DNA of 64,000 nucleotides from Eledone cirrhosa (Eukaryota). How positions within the stretch are numbered: position 1 is the stretch's first letter; each line of letters starts with the position of its first letter. The notes beneath the pieces were generated by a model, which saw only the letters and a program-made list of their open reading frames with translations, ran no database searches and was not told the origin of the DNA. Location of the stretch: assembly GCA_964016885.1 (NCBI GenBank), contig OZ024741.1, forward strand, positions 75,144,001 through 75,208,000, in the 5' to 3' direction. Below, piece after piece: positions 1 through 13,384 of this stretch. Made by a program: the position numbers and the translations under genes.

Positions 1-280
1 TCAAACCCTGCTGAGGTTAACTTTGCTTTTCAGCCTTCTGGGGTCAATAAAATAAACTACCAATCATGTACTGGGGTCAACGTAATTAGTTTTCCCTTCC
101 CTGAAAATCGTTAGCCTTGTGCCTAAAGTGAGAGTTGATAGAGCATCAGACTAATCCTTAGTGTTATTTCTTCTTACTATTTACATTCTGAGTTCAAATC
201 CTGCTGAGGTCAGTTTTGACTTTTATCCTTCAGTGGTCCATAAAATAAAGGAGCAGTTATGAACTTGGTCGATATAATCG
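1..280 (+). mobile_element. Two adjacent degenerate tRNA-derived SINE copies (family S1)
   Basis: B-box-like gagttcaaatcc followed by the ttaactttgc(c/t)tttca-cctt-ggggtc-ataaaataaa core shared with the cleaner copies at 18.2-20.4 kb. Confidence 0.75.
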
Positions 281-1654
281 TTTTTTTCCTTCCATATATT
301 TGAGGTCAATATTTTGCTGCTTTTCACCAACTGCCAAATTCTATGTGAATGAGGTGCTAAAATATTTCCACTTTGGAGGTGAATATTATACTGGTTTCAC
401 TTTGGATGAGAAATTCATATTTCCTATTGTTTTTGATATTTTTTTAATTAATACGGCCTTCAAAATGGTCAGGCATTGGTAAAAAATCATTATATAATTG
501 AGTTGTGAAACAAAAACTATACTCTTGATGTCACTTAAAATATATTAAATATCAAAATATATCCATAAATATATTCTCCATGCATGAGAATTTCAAAACT
601 GCTCCATCTAAACATAATGTGTCAATTACTTACCTCAGCTTATAAATGGGGTTTGGATTTTTGCCCATTTCTCAGACATAATATAGGGACCTGGCTTATA
701 TTCAGATTGGCTTATATTCGAGTATAATTTAGACTATATATAGTCTAAATTACTTGACTTTTTTGTTACTATATTTTGAATGAGAGTCACTACATGTGAT
801 TTTCAAATATTTTTGAAAATAATCAAGAATTTGCAAAGATTTAGTTATTTAATAAACTTTCTCATTATTAAGCTGGTGTTTGGAATATAACTTAACAAAA
901 ATTCTTACATAGAATTTTGATAGAAGGATTTTGGATAAATATAAACAGTTTAAAACAAACAGCTTTGCAAAATAGAACCAGAGGCAGTTAGTTATCAAAA
1001 CTGTTGAATCACTTCTTACACCATCATTCAATTTCCCCAATCGCCATAAATCTGATATAATTTGTCTATATCATAAAGTTCTGAGTTATTGTTTTTACAT
1101 TCATTTTTTTCCATACTTGGAACTTATTTTGGTTTCATGAGCATTAAACAACTGAGTGTACCAGGCTATCCAGTGGACACCAGTCCATTGCAGAACTAAC
1201 TCCCAGCTGCTACTGTTGGTTCTCATTTTTAGTTGAGTGAACTAGATATGTTAAAAATCAGTGTAATTCATGATCTTAATCTTGATTTACAGGCTGTGTA
1301 ATGTTGAATGACATCAGGTAGGAATCCATGGTAAACATGGAGGCTATGGACTTGGGTGTTAGAAAGGAAAAGAGAGTAAAGCTTTGAAAGTTTGGTGACG
1401 TAAATAACACAAATTTCCGGAACTAGCCAGCCTCTAATACCATCAGATAAATGGCCATGCTCAATGTATCATAAAGGAGTAGGTAGAAGCTCCCTATAGG
1501 GCTCCCAGTGTGGACAGTAGATACATAAGAGATGTAGCAGGATCACAAGTAGGCTGACAGAGGTGGTGAAATTCATATGTGGCAGATGCACTGGAGTAAT
1601 CAAGGGAAAATGTACAAAAAAAAATAAACTCGCTCAAATATTCAGAAGGTTCAC

Positions 1655-1990
1655 TGGAAGTGGTAGAAATCTTCTATCTAGGGGATTTCAGTAGTGGAGA
1701 TGGATGTAGTGAAAGTGTTGTGCCAGAGTGAAAACTGGGTGGAAGAAGTTCAGGCTTCTCTCACAGAGATATGATGCATGTCTTTGAAATGCAATGCTGC
1801 ATGGCAGTGAGGCATGGGCATTAAGTACAGAAGATTTGCAGTGGCTAAAAAGAAATGAGGCAAGCATGCTTTGCTGGATATGTAATGTTAGTGTGCATGA
1901 ACAACAGAGGACAAGTGAATAGAAAAGTTGAGTATAAGAGGAATTGAATAGAGCATGCAAGATGTATGATTGTACTAGTATGGCCAGTGA
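1655..1990 (+). pseudogene. Degenerate RTE-clade LINE ORF fragment
   Basis: Nucleotide similarity to the RTE copy at 35675-36630 (gggtggaagaagttcagg, atgctgcatggcagtgag, aatgaggcaagcatgctttgctggatatgtaat). Confidence 0.75.
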
Positions 1991-2979
1991 TATATATGAA
2001 ACAAAGTTGTATTTGTTGTGGAAGAAATGAAAAAGATGACAAATACCAACAATTCTGGTTGAATATATATCATTACTTTACTTCAGCAAAAAGGAAAAAA
2101 TATGATTACTTCGAATCATAAATATAATATTTGATTATAGTGTTCACGAATGAATATAGTGTTCAGTAAAGAAAGCTTCAGTGTTATGCACAAATCTTTT
2201 ATTTACCATGGAATGTTCCCTTAAAAGATTAGTGACAAGTTGCAGTTGACATTGCTTGGCTGGATGGTATAGTGATAGTAAGCCATTATATATCCAAGCT
2301 CTGTTGTCTAGGTGAAGAGGCAGAAGATTGAGTGAGCTAGGACCACACAGCAGCCTATTTATAATTACCTCTAGTTATTTTACTGATAGATAAGAGATGG
2401 CTTCAGAATATGTTCTCCTTCCTACAACTGGTGCTGTAAATCCTACCATCAGGGAAAATTTATCTATTGTCTTCCCTGCGATAGAGGTCGTAGGTCAGTC
2501 ACTTGGTGGGCATTAGAAAACATTTCTTTTACTCAAGCCAAAATCTGCCTTGGGTGAGCTAAACATGGTCCTCTGACCTGATTCTTTCCCTAAGGGTCAA
2601 CCCGTCCTACCCATGCTAGCATGGAAGATGGACGTTAAAAGATGATGATGATCATCATCATCATCATCAACGTTTAATGTTGCTGATATATGTTAATATG
2701 TATATATATATATATATATATATGTAAACGGAAAAAATGAAACGAAATTTCATTTCTCCCTCTTAGTATGGCTGTTACTTAAATATAAGTATGTATACGT
2801 ACATACATGTATGTATACAGACGTACAGTAGTATGTATATATATATATACATACATGCACACATATATATATGTTCGTATGGATTTACCGAATATTTATT
2901 TTGTAAACAAACATCCTGAATTAAGCCGTACAGTGTTTAGCAACCATCGTTGCCCTTTTGTTCAACACTGACAAAGGAA

Positions 2980-3019
2980 CGATGTACTAGTTTCAAGCTT
3001 ATTAGCTATCGTCAGCATC
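2980..3019 (-). ncRNA. Minimal type I hammerhead ribozyme motif
   Basis: Minus strand reads GAUG-CUGACGA-UAGCUAAUAAGCUU-GAAA-CUAG-UA-CAUC: stem I GAUG/CAUC, stem II AGCU/AGCU, palindromic ACUAGU in stem III, GUA site. Confidence 0.75.
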
Positions 3020-3037
3020 ATCTGGCAGGAAGGTATA

Positions 3038-3078
3038 CGGTGCTGACGATAGCTAATAAGCTTGAAACTAGTACATCA
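3038..3078 (+). ncRNA. Minimal type I hammerhead ribozyme motif
   Basis: ggtg-CTGACGA-tagctaataagctt-GAAA-ctag-ta-catc, the mirror copy of 2980-3019. Confidence 0.72.
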
Positions 3079-3282
3079 TTCCTTTGTCAGTGTTGAACAA
3101 AAGGGCAACGATGGTTGCTAAACACTGTACGGCTTAATTCAGGATGTTTGTTTACAAACAAACCGAGCATTATAATAAATGTTCGGTAAATCCATACGTA
3201 CATATATATATATGTGTGCATGTATGTATATATATACATACTACTGTACGTCTGTATACATATATGTATGTACGTATACATA

Positions 3283-3334
<52 letters not shown>

Positions 3335-3337
<3 letters not shown>

Positions 3338-3741
3338 CAAAATAATAATAAACAAACGCAGGAGTAAATGTTACATGGTGTTATTAGCTTCACACTTGGT
3401 GAGAGTGGGAGGTGTTGTTTACAACGTTTCAGACATAAGCCCTTCATCAGGAGAGTGGGGGGGATTCCAAGAAGGAGTGACGGGGGAGTTAGCAGGAAAA
3501 ACATGAAAGAATGGGAAAAATAGAAATAAAAATAAATATAAAACATGAAGTCAAAATAAATAGAAACAGAATTAAACGGAATATATAAAGAAAACAGAAT
3601 TTTTCAAGAAAACAGAATATTAAAAAGTAAGAGGGGCGTATGGATCCGAGAAGGGACGGGTGTTGTGGTGCATAAGGGGTGGGTGGAGGGAGAGAGAGGG
3701 GGGAAAGAAAAATGGAGTCCGAGCAGGGATGGCAGAAGGTG

Positions 3742-3772
<31 letters not shown>

Positions 3773-4130
3773 GAAGCATGGATGTAAGTGTGAGAATCTG
3801 GGAGAAAGCGAGTGTATGTCTTTGTGGGTTTTAAAAAACCATTGTGCGTGTTGGAGTGGAGTGTATGTCTGTGTGTACAGTCCCTGTATGGATGTTTGTG
3901 TGTGTGTGGATGGAAAGGGTTGGATGGGGTGAGATAAGATTGTGTCGAATCCGGAGGCGGTGTGGGATGGAGTGTGGGTGTATGTGAAGATGTGCACGTG
4001 TGTGTGTGTGTGGTTAAGAGAGGATGATATGGGTTTGTGTGAAATGTGTAGTTGCGTGTGTGTAAAAATGGTGCAAGTGTCTAAGTTTCTGAATGGATGT
4101 CGGTGTGTATGTATTTGGATGGAAAAGATC
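3335..4130 (-). mobile_element. PLE 3' region/pLTR remnant with HHR-like core at 3423-3450
   Basis: Minus strand CUGAUGA-AGGGC-UUAU-GUCU-GAAACGUU. The terminus abuts (TA)n and resembles the pLTR at 57345-57470. Stem I is not evident and the 5' limit is uncertain. Confidence 0.5.
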
Positions 4131-6573
4131 CGGATTATATATGTGTGTATTGTGTGTATGTGTATAAGGTGTATGTGTATATGTGTGTGTGTATATATGT
4201 GTCTGTGTATATATGTGTGTATATGTGTATATATATGTATGTGTGTATATATGTATGTATACACTCACACACGTGTGTATATATGTATGCATACACTCAC
4301 ACACATACATGTTTTTACTTTTATTTGCATGTCAGTGTTTATGTTTACTTTTGCTGATGCAAAAGCCAAAGCTGTGCCATGTCAGAAAGCTAATTACTTA
4401 TCTATTTGATAAAAAGATGATAAATGAATGAAAGAAGTACTGCAGCCTGCATAATCAACTAAAACCCCTTTGAAAGCTGTACCTCAGAATGGCCACGTTC
4501 CAGAGATTTATACCATTAAAAGAATAGAAGATTTTAAAGAATATAATGTTTGAATAAAATTGGCAATTGATCAATAATGAAAAGAAGAAATATATTATTT
4601 ATATACTTGAAAGTCAGTCGAAAGCAGTTTTTTAAAGTTTTCATTGATAGCTGTAAATATTCCTTTGGTAATGTTTACAAAAGTTTGTCAATCAGCAAGC
4701 AAAATGAAAGCATTTGTTTTGAATCAATACTTTTAAGGAAGGAGATGATTTCAAGCTGAACTAAGTTGTTTTGCATGTGAGAGTTTTTTGTTGTATAATT
4801 TTATGTGAATGAGAAAAAAAAATAAAGAGAGAGAGAGAATGTTATTTAGTGAAGGCGCTCTTTAGTCATAACTGGCCATGGATGTCACACCTATGACTGA
4901 CCACGGATTTGCCTTTCCCTGATAAAAGACGAGATAGTGTGTATGTTTTTGTTGTTGTATGTATCTATCTATTTGTGTATGAATAGTTCTGACTATCATC
5001 TATGATCAGAAGTTCCTTTAGAACAGAAATGACCTAGAGCTTAACAACACCAGCAAGAATTATGTGAATTGGATCATTGTTAAGGGTTAAGATGTACCAC
5101 ACCAGTGATCTTTCAATCTGTATTTGTATCACCAAATACCTCAATCCTCACTGAATATATATGTAAAAGCTGAGTCATAAGCTTATTAAAACATGTGCCT
5201 GGAAAATATATTTACCTCACCCCCACACCATATAAAAGAACAACAAAAATATCTGATTCATGCAAACTTGAAGCTTTTGTCGTCAATATGGCAGTGAATA
5301 GTGTTCAGTTTTCTAAAAACAAGACAATTTGTCTACAAATATGTTAACTGATTTCAAAGTTACCATTTTTTGCATTTTTCTTGGGAAAAACAAGACTTAA
5401 ATCAAATGTTTAATTCTGTTCAGTTTTATTACTATTTTCTGCATCTGTTGATATCATTCATTCACCCACAACTTTCATTGTTTTTTCTTATTATGGGATT
5501 GTATCATAGTAACATGGCTCTGCTGTTGTGTTTAGTTTAGTTGGAATGCATGCAGCAAACTTAGACACTGAATTGGCTGAGTTGTTAGAATAGGTGGTAG
5601 AATGCATTGAAGCAAGTATTCATTCTGATTTTCTGCACTCAGAGTACATCATTGCCTTTTATCCTTTTGATACCGTAAAGTACCAATCCAGTGGTGGGGT
5701 ATATTACTCTTCTCTTTCACCTGCCCCTTTTCTTTCTTTCTCTCTCTCCCACCTTCTCTTTTGTTATTGAAGAAATCAAATGTAATCGGATCTGGAGAGG
5801 GATGTTCTCCGATAAGCATGACACTTTCCTTACCATATCTCAAATGAAATATAAAGCATTTGAATCAATTAATGAAGAATTTGAAGAGATTTACTTAAAT
5901 TAATAATTATTTCATTAAGATGATATTTGTAACATAACAAAAGGTAAAATTATATGTTGGAAAATTTCAACTTTAAAAGGAATCCTTTGAAACAGATGGT
6001 TTTGTTTCATAGAACTAAACATGGTTTTGGGTAAGATTGTATCAAAATGGTTAAATGTCTTTAACTCTCCATCAGGAGTTAAGGACCATCGATGGCTGGA
6101 TATCATAAGCATTACCATCATCATTATCATCATTTAACATCCATTTTCCCTGTGAAGAAGGATTGGATGGATCATCACTGACTGAGTCAGTACTCAAGTG
6201 GAACTACTGATCTCTTAGACAGTTATGGTCTTGCATCTTGCTTACATAGAACTCCATGCCCTACCAAGAGCATTTTTGTTGTGGCACCAGCACAAGGGAG
6301 GTTGTCATATCTTTGATATAGCTGAAGAGTTCTCCCAACCCTTTCTCTGGCAATTCGCTTTCTATCACCAATGACTTTTCAGGGTGTATTGAGTTTCTTT
6401 ATCATGTAGATCAGCAACACTTGAGATGTTGTTATGCCATGAACAAACACAAAAAAACGAAAAACATATATATATCCAGGGGGTATAACATGGAGTTACT
6501 GTAGGTTCACCCGAGTGAGCACTCGATGTTTAGGTTCACTTCTGTGTCGAGGTGTAGAGCTAAACAGAGTGTA

Positions 6574-6765
6574 TTATAGTAAAATAAAACAAGGACGAGT
6601 GGTTACTCCTTCATTATGTTTATTGGTTGGTGATGCACATTTCTTAACTGATCAGCTCACGGTTCGATCTGTATCGATCTAGCGTTGATCAGTGGCGAAA
6701 CACACATCACCAACCAATAAACGTAATGAAGGAGTAACCACTCATCCTTGTTTTATTTTACTATA
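6574..6765. repeat. Inverted repeat (arms ~6574-6635 and ~6704-6765), probable head-to-head pLTR remnant
   Basis: tatagtaaaataaaacaaggacgagtggttactccttc...ggtgatg is mirrored by catcacc...gaaggagtaaccactcatccttgttttattttactata; TA runs flank the module. Confidence 0.75.
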
Positions 6766-6794
6766 TATATATATACATAGAGAGAGAGAGCAGG

Positions 6795-7270
6795 TGGAAT
6801 CATGGCTGAAGTTCACTTCTAAAGTATGAGGGTCCCAGTTTGACCCCACTGCATGACGCTTTGACAAGTGTCTTCTACTATAGCCTCAGATCAACCAATG
6901 CCTTGTGAGTGAATTTGGTAGATGGAAAATACATGGAAGCCTGTTGTTCATATGTATATGTGTATCTGAATACAAGTTTTTACATCCAAAACACTGTTAA
7001 GTCAATGAATCTTTACCACACTGAAAAGTTTGGATTAACAACAGGAAAGGCATCTGGCTGTAGAAATTTGCTGTGGGTAAAGCAGAAGCACCATGTATAT
7101 GTGTGTGTGGATGCAGCATGACAGATTAGTGGAGAAGTTCACTTCATAAACATACAGTCCCAGGTTTGATCCCACAGCAGGCAGTCTTAAGCAAGTGTTA
7201 TTTACCATAACCTCAGGTTGACCTATACATTATGAGTGAAATAGGGTAGACAGAAACTGTTTGGAAGTAC
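6795..7270 (+). mobile_element. Two degenerate SINE copies (family S2; ~6795-6950 and ~7125-7270)
   Basis: Shared gaagttcactt...gtttga(c/t)ccca...caagtgt...cctcag...gtgagtgaa motif series; a reverse copy lies at ~9625-9785. Confidence 0.6.
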
Positions 7271-7716
7271 ATTGAATGGAGTGTACCTGTAATTCAAAAA
7301 TGCCAGCCTTGTCACACACTGTATCACACTAAATCTGTCTAAGAATTACATTAGTGTCTGTAGAATACTCAGCCACTTTCACATTACTTTCATGTGTAGA
7401 CTGTTCCCTTGAACTGGAACACTCATTGTCAAAAATGAAGGAGGTCCATTGTGTGTGTATGTGTATATGTATATGTGCAGTTGCATCTCTGTGTGTGTGT
7501 TTGCATATGTGCAGGTGCATGTGTGTGTGTGCATGTGTATGTGTGTATGTGTGTGATAGTGCCTATCAAGTAAATATTATAACCATCTCATCAACATCTA
7601 CATGCTGAATTAGCCAATCAGTGGATTGTTTAGAAGACATTGAAGAAGAAATAGAAAAATATCTTGCATTACATAGCAACCTCTTTGATATTCTGAAGAA
7701 CAGTTGAAGTGTTTTT

Positions 7717-7875
7717 ATGATAGTAGTGATTATGATGATTATGATGAGGTTAATGATGATAATGATTGTAATGAAGATGATGGTGGGGATTATGATGATA
7801 ATGATGGTGATGATAATAGTGAAAATGATGATGGTGACAATAATGCTGCTGATGGTAATATTCTTGATCATGATC
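7717..7875. repeat. Degenerate (ATG/ATA)n trinucleotide microsatellite
   Basis: Directly visible; it generates spurious Met/Ile/His-rich ORFs. Confidence 0.9.
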
Positions 7876-8278
7876 ATTAATTACCACAATCTTGATAATC
7901 ATCATAAATTTTTTCATTAGTTTCCATTTAAGTGTCATCACTTTTTTATTTTTTATTTTCTCCTTTCCTAGTAAGCCACTTCAAATCTGAAATTCCCCTC
8001 TTTCATCTCAATAATTTCCACTGGTTTCTCATCAAAGTGAAACTTCTTGTTTGAAGAAACACAAAAACAAAAAATATCTATATCTATAACATCTTCACTT
8101 ATTAAACTGATTAATCTTAAACTAAATCTTGCATCACAAATTGAACAGTTCAGATGTTGTTGTTGGACCTTCCTAATTTCCAACGACCAGTATTACAGTT
8201 GATTTAATCAATGGAGCAGCTTGTTTATGAAAGTAACATGCACATGGCTGAACATTCCACAGACACATGCATTCTTAA

Positions 8279-8488
8279 CCCTTTAGCATTTACATTACTC
8301 TATATATATACTATTATATTTTCACAGTAAAGGCTTTACCTCACATAATATCCAATCTATGAGATTTTGATAATATTTATTTTGAGAACAATACCTTAAC
8401 ATCAGTATAAGTGGCTGGTTACATCCAGTTTGAACAGAAAGAGGTGAGAGAATTCTGACCGGATATGGCCGTTTTAAATGCTAAATGG
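8279..8488. mobile_element. piggyBac-type MITE inserted in a SINE-like repeat
   Basis: TTAA (8275-78), ccctttagcattt ... aaatgctaaatgg, TTAA (8489-92). The flanks rejoin into the repeat seen uninterrupted at ~9385-9490 and ~9515-9615. Confidence 0.8.
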
Positions 8489-10567
8489 TTAAAGTAGATC
8501 TCGGTGAGATTCAACACGACTCAGTGTGTGACATGGCTGTCCCTTTGAATTACATGTACAACACAATTTTGCCAACTGAAATGAAATATCTCCCTCAAAG
8601 AGACTGGTAATTAAACTCACAACCACACAATCATGAGCTAAACACACTAACCCCTAAGCATTTCTGATATATCTCTTAAACTGCTGACATATGATCCTGT
8701 ATTAGTCCATATCTGTTTGTTCATTTATGTACATAAGTGTATATCATTTATTTAAATTATTTTTGAAAATAAACTTATTAGTTTTTAAAATAATTTGATA
8801 GAATGACTATAAAAGTTTAAAAAAAATACTTTTAGTTAAAACAATAATTTTAAAAATATTGGTTTTGAAAAATACTAAAATAATTATATTAGATTTTAAA
8901 ATGATTTGTCAAATATTTACATTTTTTAAAAAATATAATAGTTTTTAATATAATTTGTTAAAGTATTCATAATAATTTGTTAATAATTTGTTAAAATAAT
9001 TATAATAGTTTTAGTGAAGACACATTGCTTAGTGGTCAAGATCAGAATATCATGAATTTGATTTCTGGACCTAACAGCATGTTGTGTTCTTGAGCAAGAC
9101 ACATTGTTTCACATTGCTTCAGTTGATTCAGCTGGAAAAAAATGAGTGACAACATTTGTGTCAAGCTTTGTCTTTCCCTTGGACAATATCAGTTCCTCAG
9201 AGGGGCAAAACCATGGTCAATCAGACATGGGTACAAAGCCCATGGCCAGTCTTGACTGAAAGAGACCCTTTCCTTCCTTTCTTAATTATGTTTTTTTTTT
9301 ATTTATCATAAATTATTCTTTTAAAAAATAGTTTGTTAAAATGATAATGTTTTAAAAATTTGTAGCTAAATTTGTCAAAATAACATGCAAATGGCTGAGT
9401 ATTCCACAGGCACATGTTCCCTTAACATAATTACCAGGGAGATTTAGTGTGACATAGTTTGTGACAAGGTTAGCCCTTTGAATTATGAATATAGTCCATC
9501 ATATATTGTAATGTCAGTGGATGAGTTTTCCACTGACACATGTGTATTTAAAGTAATTCTCAGGGAGGTTCAACATGACAATGTATAACAAGGCTGCCTC
9601 TTTGAATTACATATACAATTTATCTGACTGGCTTCTCAACATTTTCTGTCAACCCAATTTCATTCACAAAACTTGGGTCAACCTGAAACCATGATAAATG
9701 ACACTTGACCAAGATTCTACACAGTAGGATCAGATCTGGGCTCTTATGATTGTGATGTAAAATTCTTAACCATTCAGCTACGCTGTTTCCAGGATCTGCA
9801 GAAAATAACTCAGCATAGGTTTGTCAATTTATAAGTTAACTAATTTTATTACTGGACATATCATAGTGAAAATTTACATTAAACCAAAGTAAAGACTTCC
9901 TCTAATGTTATGCAGCGATGCTACTATATTGTACTCTTTAAGAAGAATGTGTTAGTAATGCTGTTTAACAGGATATTAAACCACAAAAATTTGGAAAGTA
10001 ATTTAGAAATATATTTGTGAAGTTCATACACAGCAGAATAAACAAAACATTATTATACAATGACAACACATTTCAATGACCGATTGGATGTCTACATGAT
10101 CTATAGTATGGATGACCAACTTAACAATAATTTATATATTTCATACAGTCTATCCATCAATTACAGTTTGGCATTTATAAGATTTTTTGAGCATGCGTAT
10201 TCAGTTGGAAGTTTGTATGTATTTTAGTTGTTTTATTTTTCTATTGTTATGGTTTTGTTCATTGAATATAATAACATTGGTATCAGTCCACTTCTCTGCA
10301 CATTTTCTTTTCAATTCTCACTACAGGTGATAGCAAAAGTTGTTGGCCATTAATATGGGGAAGCCAGTCTCTAGTGTATGAAATATTTCATTGTTATCTT
10401 GAATAATGTTTCTCTTTTCCTCCCATTTTCATTTTCTGCTGCTTATCTACTCAAAGTCACACACATACACACAGGTATCTGATAATGATACATACATATA
10501 TATCTACATATATCTCTGTCACCGTCTCTTCCTCTTATATACATATACACACACACACATGCGTATG

Positions 10568-10597
<30 letters not shown>

Positions 10598-10598
<1 letters not shown>

Positions 10599-12027
10599 CA
10601 GGTCACCAGTTGGTGCTACTAGTAACATGTATCCCAGTACAACCTGTCTCATGGTCGGGTCGTTGGCGACTAAACTGGCAACCCCACCAAAGTTTCTTGG
10701 TGAGAAGGGTGACTTTGGACATCCTGCAGGACTAAAAACAAAACCTGTCAAAGAGCAAAGGAGCTCTTAAGAGTCAATGGCCATCCAAAATATCCGGGAG
10801 AGATGACCCCTTAGCCTTTGTCAAGGCAGAATTCTAGGAGAAGGAAAACTCTGATATAACACCTGCGACTCTGATGATATCCAATGATGTTGACTTGTTC
10901 TTCTTTTTGGTAAATATCATCTTGGTTAAGAGAGTGGTACTGGCTTTGTGCAGTGCCTTTGCTCACTATAAAAGCTTCACGGCACAGGCATTGCTTTATA
11001 TTTGGAGATCTCTCTGCACTTGTCATCACCTGGTACCATGAGCCCAGCACTATGTGTCAGTAATTGTCACAAGTGTAGTGTTTGTGCCAGAGTTTTCAAG
11101 TCGCTGGCTGGACTAAAAAGTCACACTTGTTCATCGCATCAGTAGGGGTTCTCCTACATGGATATAAAGTAGTGGCCGTGTTCGAAAACAAGTTGGCAGC
11201 CACCATATATGTATGTATGTATATATATGTATATGTATATATATATGTATATATATATGTATGTATGTATATATGTATGTATGTATTTATGTATGTATCT
11301 ATGTCAGGTCACCAGTTGGTGCTACTGGTAACATGTATGCCAGTACAACCTGTCTCATGGTTGGGTCGTTGGCGACTAAACTGGCAACCCCACGAAGGTT
11401 TCTTGGTGAGGAGGGTGACTTTGGACATCCTGCAGGACTAAAATCAAAACCTGTCAAAGAGCAAAGGAGCTCTTAAGAGTCAATGGCCATCCAAAATCAC
11501 CGGGAGAGATGACCCCTTAGCCTTTGTCAAGGCAGAATTCTAGGAGAAGGAAAACTCTGATATAACACCTGCAACTCTGATGGTATCCAATGATGTTGAC
11601 TTGTTCTTCTTTTTGGTAAATATCATCTTGGTTAAGAGAGTGGGACTGGCTTTGTGCAATGCCTTTGCTCACTATAAAAGCTTCACGGTACAGGCATTGC
11701 TTTATGTCTGGAGATCTCTCTGCACTTGTCGTCACATGGTACCATGGGCCCAGCACTATGTGTCAATAATTGTCACAAGTGTAATGTTTGTACCAGAGTT
11801 TTCAAGTCGCTGGCTGGACTAAAAAGTCACACTCGTTCAGCGCATCGGTAGGGGTTCTCCTACATGGATATAAAGTAGTGGCCATACTCGAAAACGAGTT
11901 GGCAGCCACCATATATGTATGTATGTATGTATGTGTGTGTGTATATGTATATGTGTGTATGTATATATATATATATATATGTGTATATATATATATACGT
12001 GTATGTATATATATATATGTGTGTATG

Positions 12028-12108
<81 letters not shown>

Positions 12109-12459
12109 GTACATATATATGTATGAATATGTATATATGTATGTATATATATATGTATGTATATATATATATGTATATATATATGTATGTATATATATAT
12201 GTATGTATATATATATGTATGTATGTGTGTATATGTATGTATATATATGTATGTATGTATATATATATATATGTATGTGTATGTATGTATGTGTGTGTAT
12301 ATATGTATGTATATATATATATGTATGTATGTATGTATATGTATATATATATATGTATGTATATGTATATATGTGTGTATATATATATGTATGTATATAT
12401 ATATATGTATATATATAGATGTAAATATATTTATGTATGTGTATGTATATATGTATATG

Positions 12460-12494
<35 letters not shown>

Positions 12495-12729
12495 GTATGC
12501 ATATATATGTGTATATATATGTATGTATATATGTATGTGTGTATGTATATGTATATATGTATCTGTATGTATATATGTATGTATATATATATATATGTAT
12601 ATATATATATGTATATGTATGTATGTATGTGTATGTATGTATGTATATATATATATGTGTGTATATATATATGTATGTATGTATATATATATGTATGTAT
12701 ATATATATGTGTGTATATGTATATGTATG

Positions 12730-12766
<37 letters not shown>

Positions 12767-13372
12767 ATCAGGTCACCAGTTGGTGCTACTGGTAACATGT
12801 ATCCCAGTACAACCTTTCTCATGGTCGGGTCGTTGGCGACTAAACTGGCAACCCCACCAAGGTTTCTTGGTGAGAAGGGTGACTTTGGACATCCTGCAGG
12901 ACTAAAAACAAAACCTGTCAAAGGGCAAAGGAGCTCTTAAGAGTCAATGGCCATCCAAAATCACCGGAAGAGATGACCCCTTAGCCTTTGTCAAGGCAGA
13001 ATTCTAGGAGAAGGAAAACTCTGATATAGCACCTGCAACCCTGATGGTATCTAATGATGTTGACTTGTTCTTCTTTTTGGTAAATATCATCTTGGTTAAG
13101 AGAGTGGGACTGGCTTTGTGCAGTGTCTTTGCTCACTATAAAAGCTTCACGGCACAGGTATTGCTTTATATCTGGAGATCTCTGCACTTGTCGTCACATG
13201 GTACCATGGGCCCAGCACAATGTGTCAATAATTGTCACAGGTGTAGTGTTTGTACCAGAGTTTTCAAGTCGCTGGCTGGACTAAAAAGTCACAATCGTTC
13301 AGTGCATCGGTAGGGGTTCTCCTACATGGATATAAAGTAGTGACCGTACTCGAAAACGAGTTGGCAGCCACC
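10598..13372 (+). mobile_element. Three tandem ~607-bp RTE-derived non-autonomous units (10598-11204, 11304-11910, 12768-13372) separated by (TA/TG)n
   Basis: Three highly similar copies with the same ends. The 3' part encodes a C2H2 finger ([22 protein letters not shown]), as at the C-terminus of many RTE ORFs. The 5' part has a ggagaaggaaaactctga motif resembling RTE 5' UTRs. Confidence 0.7.
11911..12767. repeat. ~850-bp compound (TA)n/(TATG)n microsatellite
   Basis: Directly visible; source of the long Y/I/M/C/V ORFs. Confidence 0.97.
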
Positions 13373-13384
13373 ATATATATATAT

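Larger units (their letters stand above)
2783..3289. repeat. Head-to-head inverted repeat of a PLE pLTR end (arms ~2783-3018 and ~3040-3289) between (TA)n runs
   Basis: Near-perfect ~240-bp inverted arms with a ~21-bp spacer; each arm has a hammerhead motif next to the spacer. Confidence 0.85.

Noticed and set aside
7968-8183. 71-aa minus-strand ORF with CxxC; also ORFs at 4577-4759 and 5691-5903
   Set aside because: No recognisable domain or consistent exon structure, so they cannot be supported as host exons.
11788-12940. Long ORFs of 112-353 aa rich in Y/I/M/C/V/H/T
   Set aside because: They are translations of (TA)/(TATG) microsatellite, which lacks stops. The same applies to ORFs at 3.6-4.4, 16.8, 59.2-59.8 and 61.0-61.7 kb.
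10598-13372. Repeat-spacer-repeat layout resembling a CRISPR array
   Set aside because: Units are ~607 bp, the spacers are microsatellites, the context is eukaryotic and there are no cas genes.
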